A DNA stretch of 63,955 nucleotides, counting the filler, from Octopus bimaculoides (lineage: Eukaryota), in assembly GCF_001194135.2 (NCBI RefSeq). It is 10 parts of 7 records of this genome, joined end to end, with 100 filler letters (N's around TTAATTAATTAA, not from the genome) between each part and the next. Parts side by side here need not be neighbours in the genome. Positions count along the whole stretch, not along the records: positions 1 to 18,351 come from NC_068988.1; positions 18,452 to 24,584 come from NC_068988.1; positions 24,685 to 35,903 come from NC_068988.1; 7 more parts are not named here. One strand, given 5' to 3'. Shown in pieces: positions 12,502 through 26,019 of the stretch (the stretch's first letter is position 1; the number at the start of each line of letters is the position of its first letter). The position numbers were made by a program, and so were the translations under genes. The notes under the pieces were generated by a model. That model saw only the letters and a program-made list of their open reading frames with translations, made no database searches and had not been told where the DNA came from.

Positions 12502-13429
12502 CGAGTGAGTGGACAAACGAAAATAAAGGGCGCTCAACACGTTTAGTAGGAGTCATATGTATTATTTAAAACAGTTTGATTCAGTTCCATGCTACTTCAA
12601 GTTTTGAAGACCCCTAACGTAAGCCTGACTCCTTCGGGCTTCTAGAATTCCTCTCTGTAATTCAGTGGTTCAGCAAAAAAAATAACAAAAAAAATAAAAC
12701 ACCGCGAGCATACGTGGAAGACCTAGAAAATTTTGTTTTTTTTAATACTGGGATCAGTTTGTTCAACTCAAAACCCTCAAGTCAGTGCTTCAGTATGGCC
12801 GCAGTCCAATGACTGAAACAAGTAGAAAAGTTAAGACATTGTTCAAAACACTAGCAATCACGTTTCCGCGTGACGTACAATTTTATCACAATCTGCATGA
12901 AAATTTGTTAACTTCCACAAGCATTTCCTCGGTTGCTGTGCAAGCGTAAATATGATTATAGGTTTATTTTTATTGAGTGGTACGGAATGAAGTAGGGAGG
13001 GTTAATATTTTCAACCGACAAATTCATAAACAATTCAATATATCTTTAAAAAGTTCTTAAGGAAAATTGAATATTACGGTATTTCTATAGGAAGATAATT
13101 TAAATACATAAATAAACCTATTTGAATGCATTATATAGAGACAAAATTGAAAAGCGAAATTCGCTCTGCAACAAAGCAGCCATGGATGCAAATTGTCTTC
13201 TCTTTCATTGTTATCCTCCGCCGTATCATCTAACGTAGTTCTCTCACATTGTTAAAGATATAGAGATTTTGAAATATAAATAATCCAGTTATAAGGATTT
13301 CGATGGAAACTGTTAAAATATTGCCTGTTAATCTGAGCTTTGATAAATAATCATCGCTTGAAATAAACTATGTTTGTTTTATATGGTTTTCATTTTGTGC
13401 ATATCAATATGTATATTGTAACTCGTCTT

Positions 13430-13585
13430 GTCTTTACGTTCTGAGTTCAAATTCCGCTGAGGTCGACTTTGCCTTTCATCTTTTCGGAGTCGATAAATTA
13501 AGTACCAGTTGCGTACTGGGGTCTATCTAATCGACTGTCCCCCTCCCCCAAAATTTCGGGCCTTATGCCTAGAGTAGACAAGACT
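13430..13585 (+). mobile_element. SINE B, 5'-truncated (tail type 2)
   Basis: CTGAGTTCAAATTCCGCTGAGGTCGACTTTGCCTTTCATC...CCCCTCCCCCAAAATTTCGGGCCTTATGCCTAGAG. Confidence 0.9.
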
Positions 13586-14429
13586 ATGTATATTGTTACA
13601 TAAATATAACGTAACACACTCGAACACCCACATATTTGTATACATGCATTATACGCATTCATGCACACTTAAGCATGTAAACACAAACATATATTTATAA
13701 GTATGTATTCGTTTGCATGTGTGTTTGCGTGCATGATTGTATGTGTGTATATTAGTATATGAATGCGAATGTCCCCTTTATGTTATTCTTACAGAACCCG
13801 AAACTTCCTATTGTATAAAACAAAGTCTCGCAATCTCATTTGAAATACGCTGCCGCACATTTGTGTATAAATATTTTGTTTTCATGGTAGCGTTGAAATC
13901 TCTAAATGTCGTCTCGTCTTACACAAAGAACCATCTTAAGGGAGACATGGTTCCATCGTCTGCAGAAAAGGCATCCATGACGTAAATCAGAGTCTTATAA
14001 GATAACAAACCCTAAAGCGCTAGTGATGCTATAAAACAAACAAAACCCTTTTACGGGGTGGGTAAACCAACTGAACTGACGTATTCGAATATCGGGCGCC
14101 TTTGGAGGGGTTTCCTTTGGTCAAATGATCTAAACCAACCCCACAAGTTTTAGGGTAACTAATGACAAGTTTTTCGTTTTCTAGTGCCACAGAGAATCAC
14201 AAATTTCCAAATGAATATATTTCCCAGTGAAAACTTACCGCCAGTTATTACAGTCATTTAGTGACACATACCCCAACCCATAATATCGAGAATGTTGTTT
14301 CAAGAAACCCACTTAAGTTTCCTAATTTCCATGTTATTAACATACAAAGATACATAGTTGTAACTCATGAGTTGCTATTTCCTCTTTAGCTTCCTCGCTT
14401 ACCATTAAATCTATGATGAATTCTTACAG

Positions 14430-14603
14430 GCTTAGGAGTGGCTGTGTGGTAAGTATCTTGCTTACGAACTACATAGTTCCGGGTTCAGTACCACTGCGTG
14501 GTACTTTGGGCAAGTGTCTTCTACTATAGCCTCAGGCCGACCAAAGCCTTGTGAGTGGATTTAGTAGACGGAAACTGAAAGAAGCCCGTCGTATATATGT
14601 ATG

Positions 14604-14669
<66 letters not shown>

Positions 14670-14869
14670 TTTGCGTGTCTGTGTTTGTCCCTCCTACATC
14701 GCTTTAAAACCGATGCTGGTGTGTTTACGTGCTTGTAACTAAAGTGGTTCGGCAAAAGAGACCGATAGAATAAGTACTAAGCTTACAAAGAATAAGTCCT
14801 GGGGGTCGATGTGCTCGACTAAAGGCGGTGCTCCAGCATGGCCACAGTCATACGACTGAAACAAGTAAA
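14430..14869 (+). mobile_element. SINE A, full length
   Basis: GGAGTGGCTGTGTGGTAAG head, GGGTTCAGTACC B-box, TTGGGCAAGTGTCTTC body, (TA)(TG) insert, tail to CTGAAACAAGTAAA. Confidence 0.93.
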
Positions 14870-16444
14870 TGACAATAACAACGCAACTTATTCCGTTTGA
14901 CCACTTGACCGTTTGACACAAGCATATCCGTGGATATTTGTAGAAATGTGTAGATCCTAAACATTGCTTTCGGCTAACACGTATAATAGATACAGAATCC
15001 AATAAGAATAAATTACGTGGTCTCAGAACATGGCTGAAATAAAAGATTATGCCCCACTTTGTTGATACCATCTCATCTTAAAAGGTGACACTAATGTTGT
15101 TCTGGATATGTTTTACTTCATAGTAGAGCGAGGAGCGAGGTAGCAGAAATAACGGACTACACAACAGCTCCTGTTGAACATACCGCATCAATCTACCTCT
15201 ACTCAACATAAGTTCACAACGATTTCTGTAACCAAATACTTTACAATAACGCATTATTCAGTACACCAACCTCTAGCCAGCATCTGCGAAATATGACACC
15301 TGATCACACTGCATCCTACTAATACATGAAGATATATATNNNNNNNNNNNNNNNNNNNNNNNNNNNNNNNNNNNNNNNNNNNNNNNNNNNNNNNNNNNNN
15401 NNNNNNNNNNNNNNNNNNNNNNNNNNNNNNNNNNNNNNNNNNNNNNNNNNNNNNNNNNNNNNNNNNNNNNNNNNNNNNNNNNNNNNNNNNNNNNNNNNNN
15501 NNNNNNNNNNNNNNNNNNNNNNNNNNNNNNNNNNNNNNNNNNNNNNNNNNNNNNNNNNNNNNNNNNNNNNNNNNNNNNNNNNNNNNNNNNNNNNNNNNNN
15601 NNNNNNNNNNNNNNNNNNNNNNNNNNNNNNNNNNNNNNNNNNNNNNNNNNNNNNNNNNNNNNNNNNNNNNNNNNNNNNNNNNNNNNNNNNNNNNNNNNNN
15701 NNNNNNNNNNNNNNNNNNNNNNNNNNNNNNNNNNNNNNNNNNNNNNNNNNNNNNNNNNNNNNNNNNNNNNNNNNNNNNNNNNNNNNNNNNNNNNNNNNNN
15801 NNNNNNNNNNNNNNNNNNNNNNNNNNNNNNNNNNNNNNNNNNNNNNNNNNNNNNNNNNNNNNNNNNNNNNNNNNNNNNNNNNNNNNNNNNNNNNNNNNNN
15901 NNNNNNNNNNNNNNNNNNNNNNNNNNNNNNNNNNNNNNNNNNNNNNNNNNNNNNNNNNNNNNNNNNNNNNNNNNNNNNNNNNNNNNNNNNNNNNNNNNNN
16001 NNNNNNNNNNNNNNNNNNNNNNNNNNNNNNNNNNNNNNNNNNNNNNNNNNNNNNNNNNNNNNNNNNNNNNNNNNNNNNNNNNNNNNNNNNNNNNNNNNNN
16101 NNNNNNNNNNNNNNNNNNNNNNNNNNNNNNNNNNNNNNNNNNNNNNNNNNNNNNNNNNNNNNNNNNNNNNNNNNNNNNNNNNNNNNNNATATATATATAT
16201 ATATATATACATATATATGTACATATGTATGTTTGCGTGTATGTATGTGCGTATATATATAATATATATATATGTATGTATGTGCATATATATATATATA
16301 GTGTATGTATATATATATATTTATATAGATAGATAGCTAAATACATACATACAAGCATACATACATATACATATATATATGTATGTTTATATGTGTGTGT
16401 ATGTGTGTGTGTGTATGTATGTATGTATAGTTCAAATTTACTGA

Positions 16445-16600
16445 TACCAAAAGACAAAGACAGGTGAGAGAACAAGAAGCAGGCATATCAGTTTGACACT
16501 CAGGTAGAATGGAACAGTTCTCGATGTTTCGAGCCTACGCTCTTCGACTGAAAGGGATGAGATGTGAAAAATGGAGAAGAAAATGAAAAACGGAAAGAGA
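16445..16600 (-). mobile_element. Penelope-like terminal repeat fragment with a degenerate minimal hammerhead motif
   Basis: Minus strand 16554-16519: CTTT CAGTCGA A GAGC GTAG GCTC GAAAC ATC; homologous to 27545, 39410 and 50185. Confidence 0.6.
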
Positions 16601-17164
16601 AAAATTTGTTGGGCATAACGGTTTAACATGATGATGGTATATATATATATATNNNNNNNNNNNNNNNNNNNNNNNNNNNNNNNNNNNNNNNNNNNNNNNN
16701 NNNNNNNNNNNNNNNNNNNNNNNNNNNNNNNNNNNNNNNNNNNNNNNNNNNNNNNNNNNNNNNNNNNNNNNNNNNNNNNNNNNNNNNNNNNNNNNNNNNN
16801 NNNNNNNNNNNNNNNNNNNNNNNNNNNNNNNNNNNNNNNNNNNNNNNNNNNNNNNNNNNNNNNNNNNNNNNNNNNNNNNNNNNNNNNNNNNNNNNNNNNN
16901 NNNNNNNNNNNNNNNNNNNNNNNNNNNNNNNNNNNNNNNNNNNNNNNNNNNNNNNNNNNNNNNNNNNNNNNNNNNNNNNNNNNNNNNNNNNNNNNNNNNN
17001 NNNNNNNNNNNNNNNNNNNNNNNNNNNNNNNNNNNNNNNNNNNNNNNNNNNNNNNNNNNNNNNNNNNNNNNNNNNNNNNNNNNNNNNNNNNNNNNNNNNN
17101 NNNNNNNNNNNNNNNNNNNNNNNNNNNNNNNNNNNNNNNNNNNNNNNNNNNNATATATATATGT

Positions 17165-17355
17165 AACCTCGTGGGCATTGGTACCATTTTGCTCTTTCTC
17201 CGTTTTCCCATTCTCCGAACTTTCCATCTTTCCGACGAAGGGCTACGCCCGAAACGTCATACACTCTTTCTTTCCTTTCCCGGAGCGTCCAATAACACTA
17301 TCCGTATCACGTCCTCACTTTGTTGTCTTTTTTGTTATTGTTTTTTTGAACTTAT
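17165..17355 (+). mobile_element. Penelope-like terminal repeat fragment with a minimal hammerhead motif (related subfamily)
   Basis: 17232-17259 CCGACGA A GGGC TAC GCCC GAAAC GTCA, then CCGGAGCGTC...ACGTCCTCAC and a T-rich tail also seen at 27320-27420. Confidence 0.6.
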
Positions 17356-18304
17356 ATAATTGTGTGTGTATATACAAATCTGTTAATCTTTTAACGAAAC
17401 AGTTTTAAAAGTGATTTCGAAGGTTCAAGTTACGAGCTGTCATCAATGGGATCACAGAAAAACACTCGTATTCTTTCTTGCTTTCCATTTCTTTCGGGCG
17501 AGTAATTTTCGATTTGGGGAAGATTTTCTTTAAAATCAGATCACATTTTCTTTTGTATTTAAACTTTATTGCATAATTTCTTTCACTAATGATACACTTC
17601 TATCACGTTACTGCATTTACGAACGCGATACGTTTACGATTTCACTCATTGAACACATTGATAAAAATTTTATTAGCCAATTGCTTTGTGATATTTCGTA
17701 ATACACTTCAACACGAATAAGGATTTGAGCAGCTCGTATCTCCAAACATCTAAGTATATCTAATATGGCAGGCACGAAGCAAAAGATGCAATTTCCGCCT
17801 TAACTGTCCATATACGTTCACTTTTTGCTTCGATCTTTGACTTTCTATTTGTTACAAAGGTTCTAGCAATTTCCAAAAATAACAGATTTCGATTTTGCCT
17901 TTTTCAGATTTCAATATCCGGATCGTTTCAGATTATAAAGATACACAGTGGTTTTTATTATAACCTTTCGTATATATTACATAAGTTTTTCTGTGTTCTG
18001 TATAAATTTGATAGCGTTATTGTTAAACGAATGTCTATTTATCTGTGCTAGCATTCTTATGAACACGAAATTTATCTCCTTTTGATGTATCATCTTACTT
18101 GATACCAAAATTTCGTAAGAAAATCACGATAAAATGAAATAGAAATAAACGTTATTTATTAAAAGATCAATCGGGTATTTTACATATATATACACATATA
18201 TATACTCATATGTATGTAAATATGTATATGTATATATACAAGTATATATGTATGTATATATATATGTGTGTGTGTGTGTGTATATTTATATACATGTGTG
18301 TGTA

Positions 18305-18351
<47 letters not shown>

Positions 18352-18451
18352 NNNNNNNNNNNNNNNNNNNNNNNNNNNNNNNNNNNNNNNNNNNNTTAAT
18401 TAATTAANNNNNNNNNNNNNNNNNNNNNNNNNNNNNNNNNNNNNNNNNNNN
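18352..18451. other. Artificial scaffold spacer (44 N + TTAATTAATTAA + 44 N); nine such spacers in the window
   Basis: Identical 12-mer centred in 100-bp gaps at 18396, 24629, 35948, 41423, 45878, 49988, 54579, 59031 and 62820. Confidence 0.95.
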
Positions 18452-18745
18452 TTCACAGCGTTCAATACATACACACTTCACGTCTGGCTGTACAGCCTTT
18501 TTGTTTGTTTATTTCACCGTTTCGTTTTCCTGTCTTGTTTTCCGTCCGCCACTACCCTCCACGAAAACAATTTAATTTGTGTTCGTGGGAAGAACCATTT
18601 TAACGATGCGTACTGCCTTAATTCTTCGAAACGCCGGAGTTTTAATGGTGGCAGCTGATGAAGGGGATGTTTCTATGTGGCCTGCTTGTTTGTTGCACCT
18701 TATTTACCATTTTTGTCCTTGTTCTATTGCCACGTCATGTACCCA
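18452..18745 (+). mobile_element. Penelope-like terminal fragment (tentative), permuted hammerhead core motifs
   Basis: TTCTTC GAAA(18628-31) 23 nt CTGATGA(18655-61) AGGGGA, followed by a T-rich tail into microsatellite. Confidence 0.4.
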
Positions 18746-18822
18746 GGTATGTATCTTTATGTACATGTGGATGAACGTATATACATACATGTACATATAT
18801 ATGCATATACTCATATATTGTT

Positions 18823-18825
<3 letters not shown>

Positions 18826-18905
<80 letters not shown>
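18826..18905. repeat. (TA)n microsatellite
   Basis: About 40 TA units. Confidence 0.99.
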
Positions 18906-18910
<5 letters not shown>

Positions 18911-19090
18911 CACCCGGGAATATATTTGCAGTGAACGGACTTACCTCGTTCGAGTGCACACAAACACGCTTGAATATGACTGTACAAGCGAGTATTGTAT
19001 TCATCAATGAATCATGCGATTCAAGTTTGTTTAAACACACACACACGTATATTTATATATATTATTTGTAACCGCAAGGAAACCGTCTAG

Positions 19091-19180
<90 letters not shown>
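19091..19180. repeat. Compound (CAG)n(TAG)n microsatellite
   Basis: CAG run switching to a long TAG run. Confidence 0.98.
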
Positions 19181-19182
<2 letters not shown>

Positions 19183-19651
19183 CCTGGTAGGAGATGGAAT
19201 GTGAGTACAATACCTCGAAGGCTGTTGTGATCTTGGAAGACTATAAATTTAAATATCAAACGAAAATGTGTTTATGGTAAGTTGAGTGGCATAATAGCAT
19301 GTTGAATATAAATAATAGCCATAGAATAGAGTGAACGAACAAACGAAAAGATGATGATGACGATGTTGAAGATGATATTGATGATGATGATGAGGAGGAG
19401 GAGGAGGATTGTGATGGTGGTTATAATAGTGGGGAGGAGGAGGAGAATTTAGTAGATGTATAGTCATAGAGAAAGATATATGAAGATATGGTTTGTTATA
19501 AATTATGTGTTTTACTGCAGTAATGCGTTTAGTTTGTCTTGCAGATCAGCAGTAGCGTGGTTTGAGTGTGTATTTATATCTCCCTCCGTTTATATCAATG
19601 GGTTTGTGTTTGTGTGTGTGTGTAAAAATATATATGTATGTGTGTGTGTGT

Positions 19652-19698
<47 letters not shown>

Positions 19699-20864
19699 TG
19701 TGTGTTTTGGAAGTTAATAGGTTATGTATTTATAGATACACGTATATATGTGTTACTATAAACATACTTCGACTCTATTACAGATTGTAATTGATTCGCT
19801 CTGTGTATTTGTTACTAAATCAGCCATAGTGAAAATATGGGTCCTACGTTTCCAATTTTGAAAGTATAATCTGATTACATCAAAAGCTTTTTGATTCCAC
19901 TTTCGCAGATTTCATCTCATTGAAGTATACGCTTGATACATATCAGCCAAATCTTCCAGACATAGAGAATTGCCGATTAACATTGTGCAATGTATAAACT
20001 AATAGATTTTTCAGATATTTGTATTTGGATATTCGGAAAATGTTTTATGTCGATTGTCTGTAATTCAGTAGAGTGTGTAATTTTCGTCAAATCCGGCTAT
20101 CTGAATGTTCAAATGTGTAACTTGAAGATATTAATTTCCATTCATTATGTAGACATTTTCGTCAGTGACAGATCGTGATTCAATACTGAGGCTTCTACAG
20201 TAGTATATAAACCATGTATGAAAGAACACTTATAAGATGTTTGCTTTGTAGATGCGCATAAAACAGGTCATTTCTGTATTCTATACAATCTCCAGTCACA
20301 GATATATCGTCTATATATGAAATATTTCATACCGAATATTCAACAGAACAATGTTTGGGTATTTAACTGAGAAACTGCATTGATCAATCTAAATTATGCT
20401 CCTAATACGCAAACACGTTATGCCTTTCTGGTACTTTTATATCCTATGTAAATGTCTAACCAATTTCCATCCTTACTGCAAAGTAGAGTTGACAAACGTC
20501 ATTTTGTGTAGCATCGTGATGACACTTAGATGTGGGTGAAATTAAGCAGACTGAATCTGTATGGAAACTTTTTGGATGGGTTACAACTGTGATTTACAGA
20601 TCTAACCTCGACACAGTTTAAGTCTGATTCAAACAGTAAGGGTATGTGAATCTGTTGAGAACCGTGCATCTTCCACCGTATTTTAATGATTCGATGAGAG
20701 TAATAGTTCAGTTCACAGAAGAAAAAATTAACACCTATGGTCAGAATCTATGACTAAGATACATCTTGATGTTCACTTATACAGGTATTTATGTATGCAT
20801 ATATTAAAACCTACATTTGCACAAAGATAATACATATAGATTATATGTATGTTCATGTGTGTGA

Positions 20865-20948
<84 letters not shown>

Positions 20949-21910
20949 ATATGTATGAATGTATGTATGTATACATGCACACATATATCCATATGCGTGT
21001 GTGTATGGTTAATATAACTGAAAGCAGTATAAAATGGTCCATTATACGAATACAAATTATTCAAATTAACATATTTTTACAGAACGTAATCATGAAAGAA
21101 AATTATATATATGATATTCCCAGGTACTCCAGTTAAGTTAATAACTCCCAAGAAGTCTTCTACCGCCCGGTTCCGACAATCTACCGATCCTTCATCTGTA
21201 CTACAAAAGTTACACGGTGTTCGGAGTAAATGTTTTAAGGTCACTGTTTTTCTAAAAACGTGTAAAAATGTTCGTACAGCAAAGATACAACCAACATCCA
21301 ACTGTTCTATGAATAGAATGAGTAAAATACGAAATTTTTTCATGAAGATTTCTGATGATTATCTATTAAATTGAATGTCAGTCTTGGAACAGAAGATGCA
21401 TCCAATTTCTTTGTAATCACTCGGTTGCTGAAATAGTGTGTTTGTACAGAGTGGTAAGTTTTATTACAAACTAACAATAATATTAGTCGGAGCAAATTGT
21501 AATTCATTTTGCTAACACTTTGATTGGCAATTACACCATTACGGCTGCCAAGCAATAAAACATTGTCATAATTAATAACCTTTGCGATAGACGAACGTAG
21601 CGAAACAAAATATGCTTTTTGTTGTGTTCATTACATGACGCTCTCAGAATATGACAGCTTATTAAATATCCTGTGTTGTCTCTTTCATATTTACTTCTTT
21701 AATTTCATTATGGTAAAGGTTCGAACTTGTTGAAATAAACGTAATTGTTATTATAGCATGTTATTGCAAAGCCAACAATATACGACCTACTTTACTTCAT
21801 TGCCGCTGCAATAAAGCGCGTGCATTTACATATATATGTCCATATAATTCAAACGACTAACGTCTATAGTTCCGTAGGCCGGATGTTATGATATCCGTAG
21901 TGCTTAAACA

Positions 21911-22071
21911 AATGGAGAATACATCATGAAGTTATCAAGTACCGGCAGAGAAAGGGTTTAGCACCAAGGACTCATTTTGTCATGGTTGCTACATTAAGGG
22001 ATGACGCTCCAGCTTTATCAACATTGCGAAAGTGGTCAGATGAATTTAAGGAGAGAAACGAACTGTCTGTC
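21911..22071 (+). mobile_element. Mariner-type transposase N-terminal (HTH) relic
   Basis: From 21925: HEVIKYRQRKGLAPRTHFVMVATLRDDAPALSTLRKWSDEFK, matching the mariner pattern VIKY..LKG...EI...MV.TLGDDAP..STV.KW..EFK; frameshifted after the ATG and truncated. Confidence 0.75.
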
Positions 22072-22112
22072 CATGGTTGCTTTTGTAAGATTCCTACCGT
22101 TACGCAATTTCT

Positions 22113-22336
22113 TATTTCATTATTGCCCACATGGGGCTAAAAATAGAGGGGAAAAACAAGGACAAAGGGATTAAGTCGATTACATCGGCACCAGTACGTA
22201 ACTGGTACTTAATTTATCGACCCAGAAAGGATGAAAGGCAAAGTTGACCGTGGCGGAATTTGAACTCAGAACGTAACGCCAGACGAAATACCGCTAAGCA
22301 ATTCGCCCGGCGTGCTAACGTTTCTGCCAGCTCGCC
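22113..22336 (-). mobile_element. SINE B, full length, with target-site duplication
   Basis: Collinear with other B copies; CCGTTACGCAATTTCT is duplicated at 22097-22112 and 22335-22350. Confidence 0.95.
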
Positions 22337-23039
22337 GTTACGCAATTTCTGGTAAGTAAATTGTAGAATCGAAAAACAGATCGTGTTTCCAAAGAACGCA
22401 ATCGGCCCACTCGAAGACGACAACCCACAAAATTAAAGTTGTTAGATTATCAGATTAGCCTAACTTTCCAAGATAGAATATTCGATATGTGCTTTTGTGT
22501 GGACATGTGGGTATTTTTGTGTGTATAACTTTTATTTTTTTTTTAAGCTTTAGCCACTTATGGTGACCGTACTGTGGTACTAAATTGAAAAAGTGTAAAG
22601 AGATCGTAATTAATCTTGAAAATAATTTAATTGATAAATTAACCCATGTCTCTTGTTTTGCTTCTTCCATTGAACATCATCTAATTCTTTCACAATTATT
22701 TTGATTATATTTCTAGCAGCGGGTGTACATAAATATATATATATAGATAGAGAGATAGATATACAAAGAATAATAATAAATGGAGAAAAACGCATATAAT
22801 CAATGAGTTCCTTTAATTCCTACATATGTTTCAATTTATATGTGCACCCTACTCCAAAGAAGTAAGAGGTGGTGGAATTGCACATAAATCCATCGTCAGG
22901 GGAAACCAACATACAAGAGTAAGACTTGCGCTAAATGCTCAAATGCTATATATGCCTCTGTGTATATGTGTGCACATTATGTGTATATATTGTGTATGTT
23001 TCTGTATATGTATATACAATATGTGTGTGGGTATGTATG

Positions 23040-23092
<53 letters not shown>

Positions 23093-23404
23093 NNNNNNNN
23101 NNNNNNNNNNNNNNNNNNNNNNNNNNNNNNNNNNNNNNNNNNNNNNNNNNNNNNNNNNNNNNNNNNNNNNNNNNNNNNNNNNNNNNNNNNNNNNNNNNNN
23201 NNNNNNNNNNNNNNNNNNNNNNNNNNNNNNNNNNNNNNNNNNNNNNNNNNNNNNNNNNNNNNNNNNNNNNNNNNNNNNNNNNNNNNNNNNNNNNNNNNNN
23301 NNNNNNNNNNNNNNNNNNNNNNNNNNNNNNNNNNNNNNNNNNNNNNNNNNNNNNNNNNNNNNNNNNNNNNNNNNNNNNNNNNNNNNNNNNNNNNNNNNNN
23401 NNNN

Positions 23405-23441
<37 letters not shown>

Positions 23442-24684
23442 GTATATAAAACATTCATTGTATTCAGCAGAGTGTATATGTATATGTATTTTTATATGCT
23501 GCATGTAGAGAAACATTTGTAAGTTATACAGAATGTTCGAATTAGAGATTTTGATGAGATTAAGTTCGAAAATATGACAATGAAACGACTATGAAGTGAA
23601 AAAGAATATTAAATTATTAATAAGAAATGTGTCTATACATATAAACATTTTAGCATTTACATACTAATGTATAAAGATGAATTCTCAATCATATCACGGA
23701 CTGTATCATACCATTCTTTGATGTTTTATCTGTGTTTAGAGACGCTTAACTGTATGTGTACAGAAAACTGGATGCATACGCATATTGGAATGTTGCTATC
23801 TTCAAATAGTGTATATTTTCCTTCCGTTTCCCGTTTTTGGCATCGAGTACAAGAAGCATATAATATTATTTTAATCAGTTGAAGAGAAAATTTTATCCAA
23901 TTTTTACAGCCGCCCTTTGGCAACGGATGATTCTCCGTTGTTTAAATTCAGTTAGATTAAATCGATTAAATTGATACAGTTTGATGCTAAATAGACAGAG
24001 ATAATTTTCGAAACATCTAGTGAGGCATACGATGTTTGATGTTATTTATCATTACGTTTTGATATATTTTTTTCATGCCAGAAATTACCATAAGATAACA
24101 GATGAAAGCCAAAATTAATTGAAAATTTAAAGAGGAATATTTCATATTTAACACTTTGCCTTTACTATCTATCTCTCAGTGTATGTTTTTTTATGAACAG
24201 CATATAATATTTTAATGCTGAACATACTTAACTTTATTGCTGATATTTAATTTCCGATATGTTTGAATAGTTTGAAAGCTTTCCTAAATATTGCTTCCAT
24301 TATTCTACTTGACTTTCAAACTGTAATTAATTAAATACACTCATATAGTCAAATATTACTTTGGCACATATATCCGTTTGCACACAATTACATCTTCAAA
24401 CATATACTTACAAATACTTATATTTTCATTTTTGTTCATCCTCTGATCTGTGTGTATTTGTATAATATATATATATATATATATCTAAATATACATATGT
24501 ATGTTTCAAGGATTAAATAAAAAGGACACAATAAACAGAAATATATGTGTGAATGTATGTAAATATATATATATGTATATATATNNNNNNNNNNNNNNNN
24601 NNNNNNNNNNNNNNNNNNNNNNNNNNNNTTAATTAATTAANNNNNNNNNNNNNNNNNNNNNNNNNNNNNNNNNNNNNNNNNNNN

Positions 24685-24750
24685 TCTTTCAGTTTCCGTC
24701 TATAAAATTCACTCACAAGGCTTTGATCGGCCCGAGGCTATAGTAGTATA
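24685..24750 (-). mobile_element. SINE A body fragment next to a gap
   Basis: TCTTTCAGTTTCCGTCTA...ACTCACAAGGCTTTGATCGGCCCGAGGCTATAG. Confidence 0.85.
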
Positions 24751-24863
24751 TACTTTTTTTGTTAAACCCGCAAAATTATCGCTGAACTGTTATTCAGAGT
24801 TTTACGTTCCGTTCGTCGGACCTTTATGATGACTATTGAATTAAGATCATAATTGTACATGTA

Positions 24864-25218
24864 CTACGACACTCCGACGGTTACGACGACGAGGGTTTCA
24901 GCTGATCCGATCAACGGAACAGACTGCTCGTGAAATTAATGTGCAAGTGGCTGAGCACTCCACAAACATGTGTACACTTAACGTAGTTATCTGGGAGATT
25001 CAGCGCGACACAAGGCTGGCTCCTTGAAATTCATGTACAGCAGAAACAGGAAGAAAGAATGAGAGAAGGTTGTGGAGAAGAAGTACAGCAGGGTTCACAC
25101 CTTGCCGGAGCCTCGTGGAGCTTTTAAGTGATTCCGCTCAATAAACACTCACAACTCCCGGTCTGGGAACCGACAGCGCGAGTCCGCTGCTCTGACCACT
25201 GGGTCATTGCGCTTCCAT
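24864..25218 (-). mobile_element. tRNA-derived SINE family C with target-site duplication
   Basis: Reverse complement of 42839-43223 with small deletions; TTGTACAyGTA is duplicated at 24853-24863 and 25219-25229. Confidence 0.9.
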
Positions 25219-25979
25219 TTGTACACGTAATATGATATCATGTTATACAATTCAAGTCAACGAATAATCATTTAAATTTGATTGGGTAGCGGGTTTTCAA
25301 AATATAACGTTATAATTTTCGGTACGGTTGTGTGGTATGGAGATGTGAAAATTAGCACTAAAGTATAAATATAAAAATAAAAATAAGAAGAATAGAAATA
25401 AAAATTGCGACAAGATCAAAAAAAAAACTTGCGTATAGAGGATGAGAATGCTCCAAAACAGATAATTAATAATCAATAATGAGAGTGAAAAAATGTGATA
25501 GCGAATCCGGTGTTAAAAGATGTAATTAAAAATGAATGGGAAGTTATTTTNNNNNNNNNNNNNNNNNNNNNNNNNNNNNNNNNNNNNNNNNNNNNNNNNN
25601 NNNNNNNNNNNNNNNNNNNNNNNNNNNNNNNNNNNNNNNNNNNNNNNNNNNNNNNNNNNNNNNNNNNNNNNNNNNNNNNNNNNNNNNNNNNNNNNNNNNN
25701 NNNNNNNNNNNNNNNNNNNNNNNNNNNNNNNNNNNNNNNNNNNNNNNNNNNNNNNNNNNNNNNNNNNNNNNNNNNNNNNNNNNNNNNNNNNNNNNNNNNN
25801 NNNNNNNNNNNNNNNNNNNNNNNNNNNNNNNNNNNNNNNNNNNNNNNNNNNNNNNNNNNNNNNNNNNNNNNNNNNNNNNNNNNNNNNNNNNNNNNNNNNN
25901 NNNNNNNNNNNNNNNNNNNNNNNNNNNNNNNNNNNNNNNNNNNNNNNNNNNNNNNNNNNNNNNNNGATTATGCAAATAA

Positions 25980-26019
<40 letters not shown>

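Noticed and set aside
18945-18979. Minus-strand 35-bp micro-exon candidate ending GAG|GTAAGT
   Set aside because: Weak acceptor, and consensus donors occur on both strands elsewhere (14238, 21452, 54049, 61876) without support.
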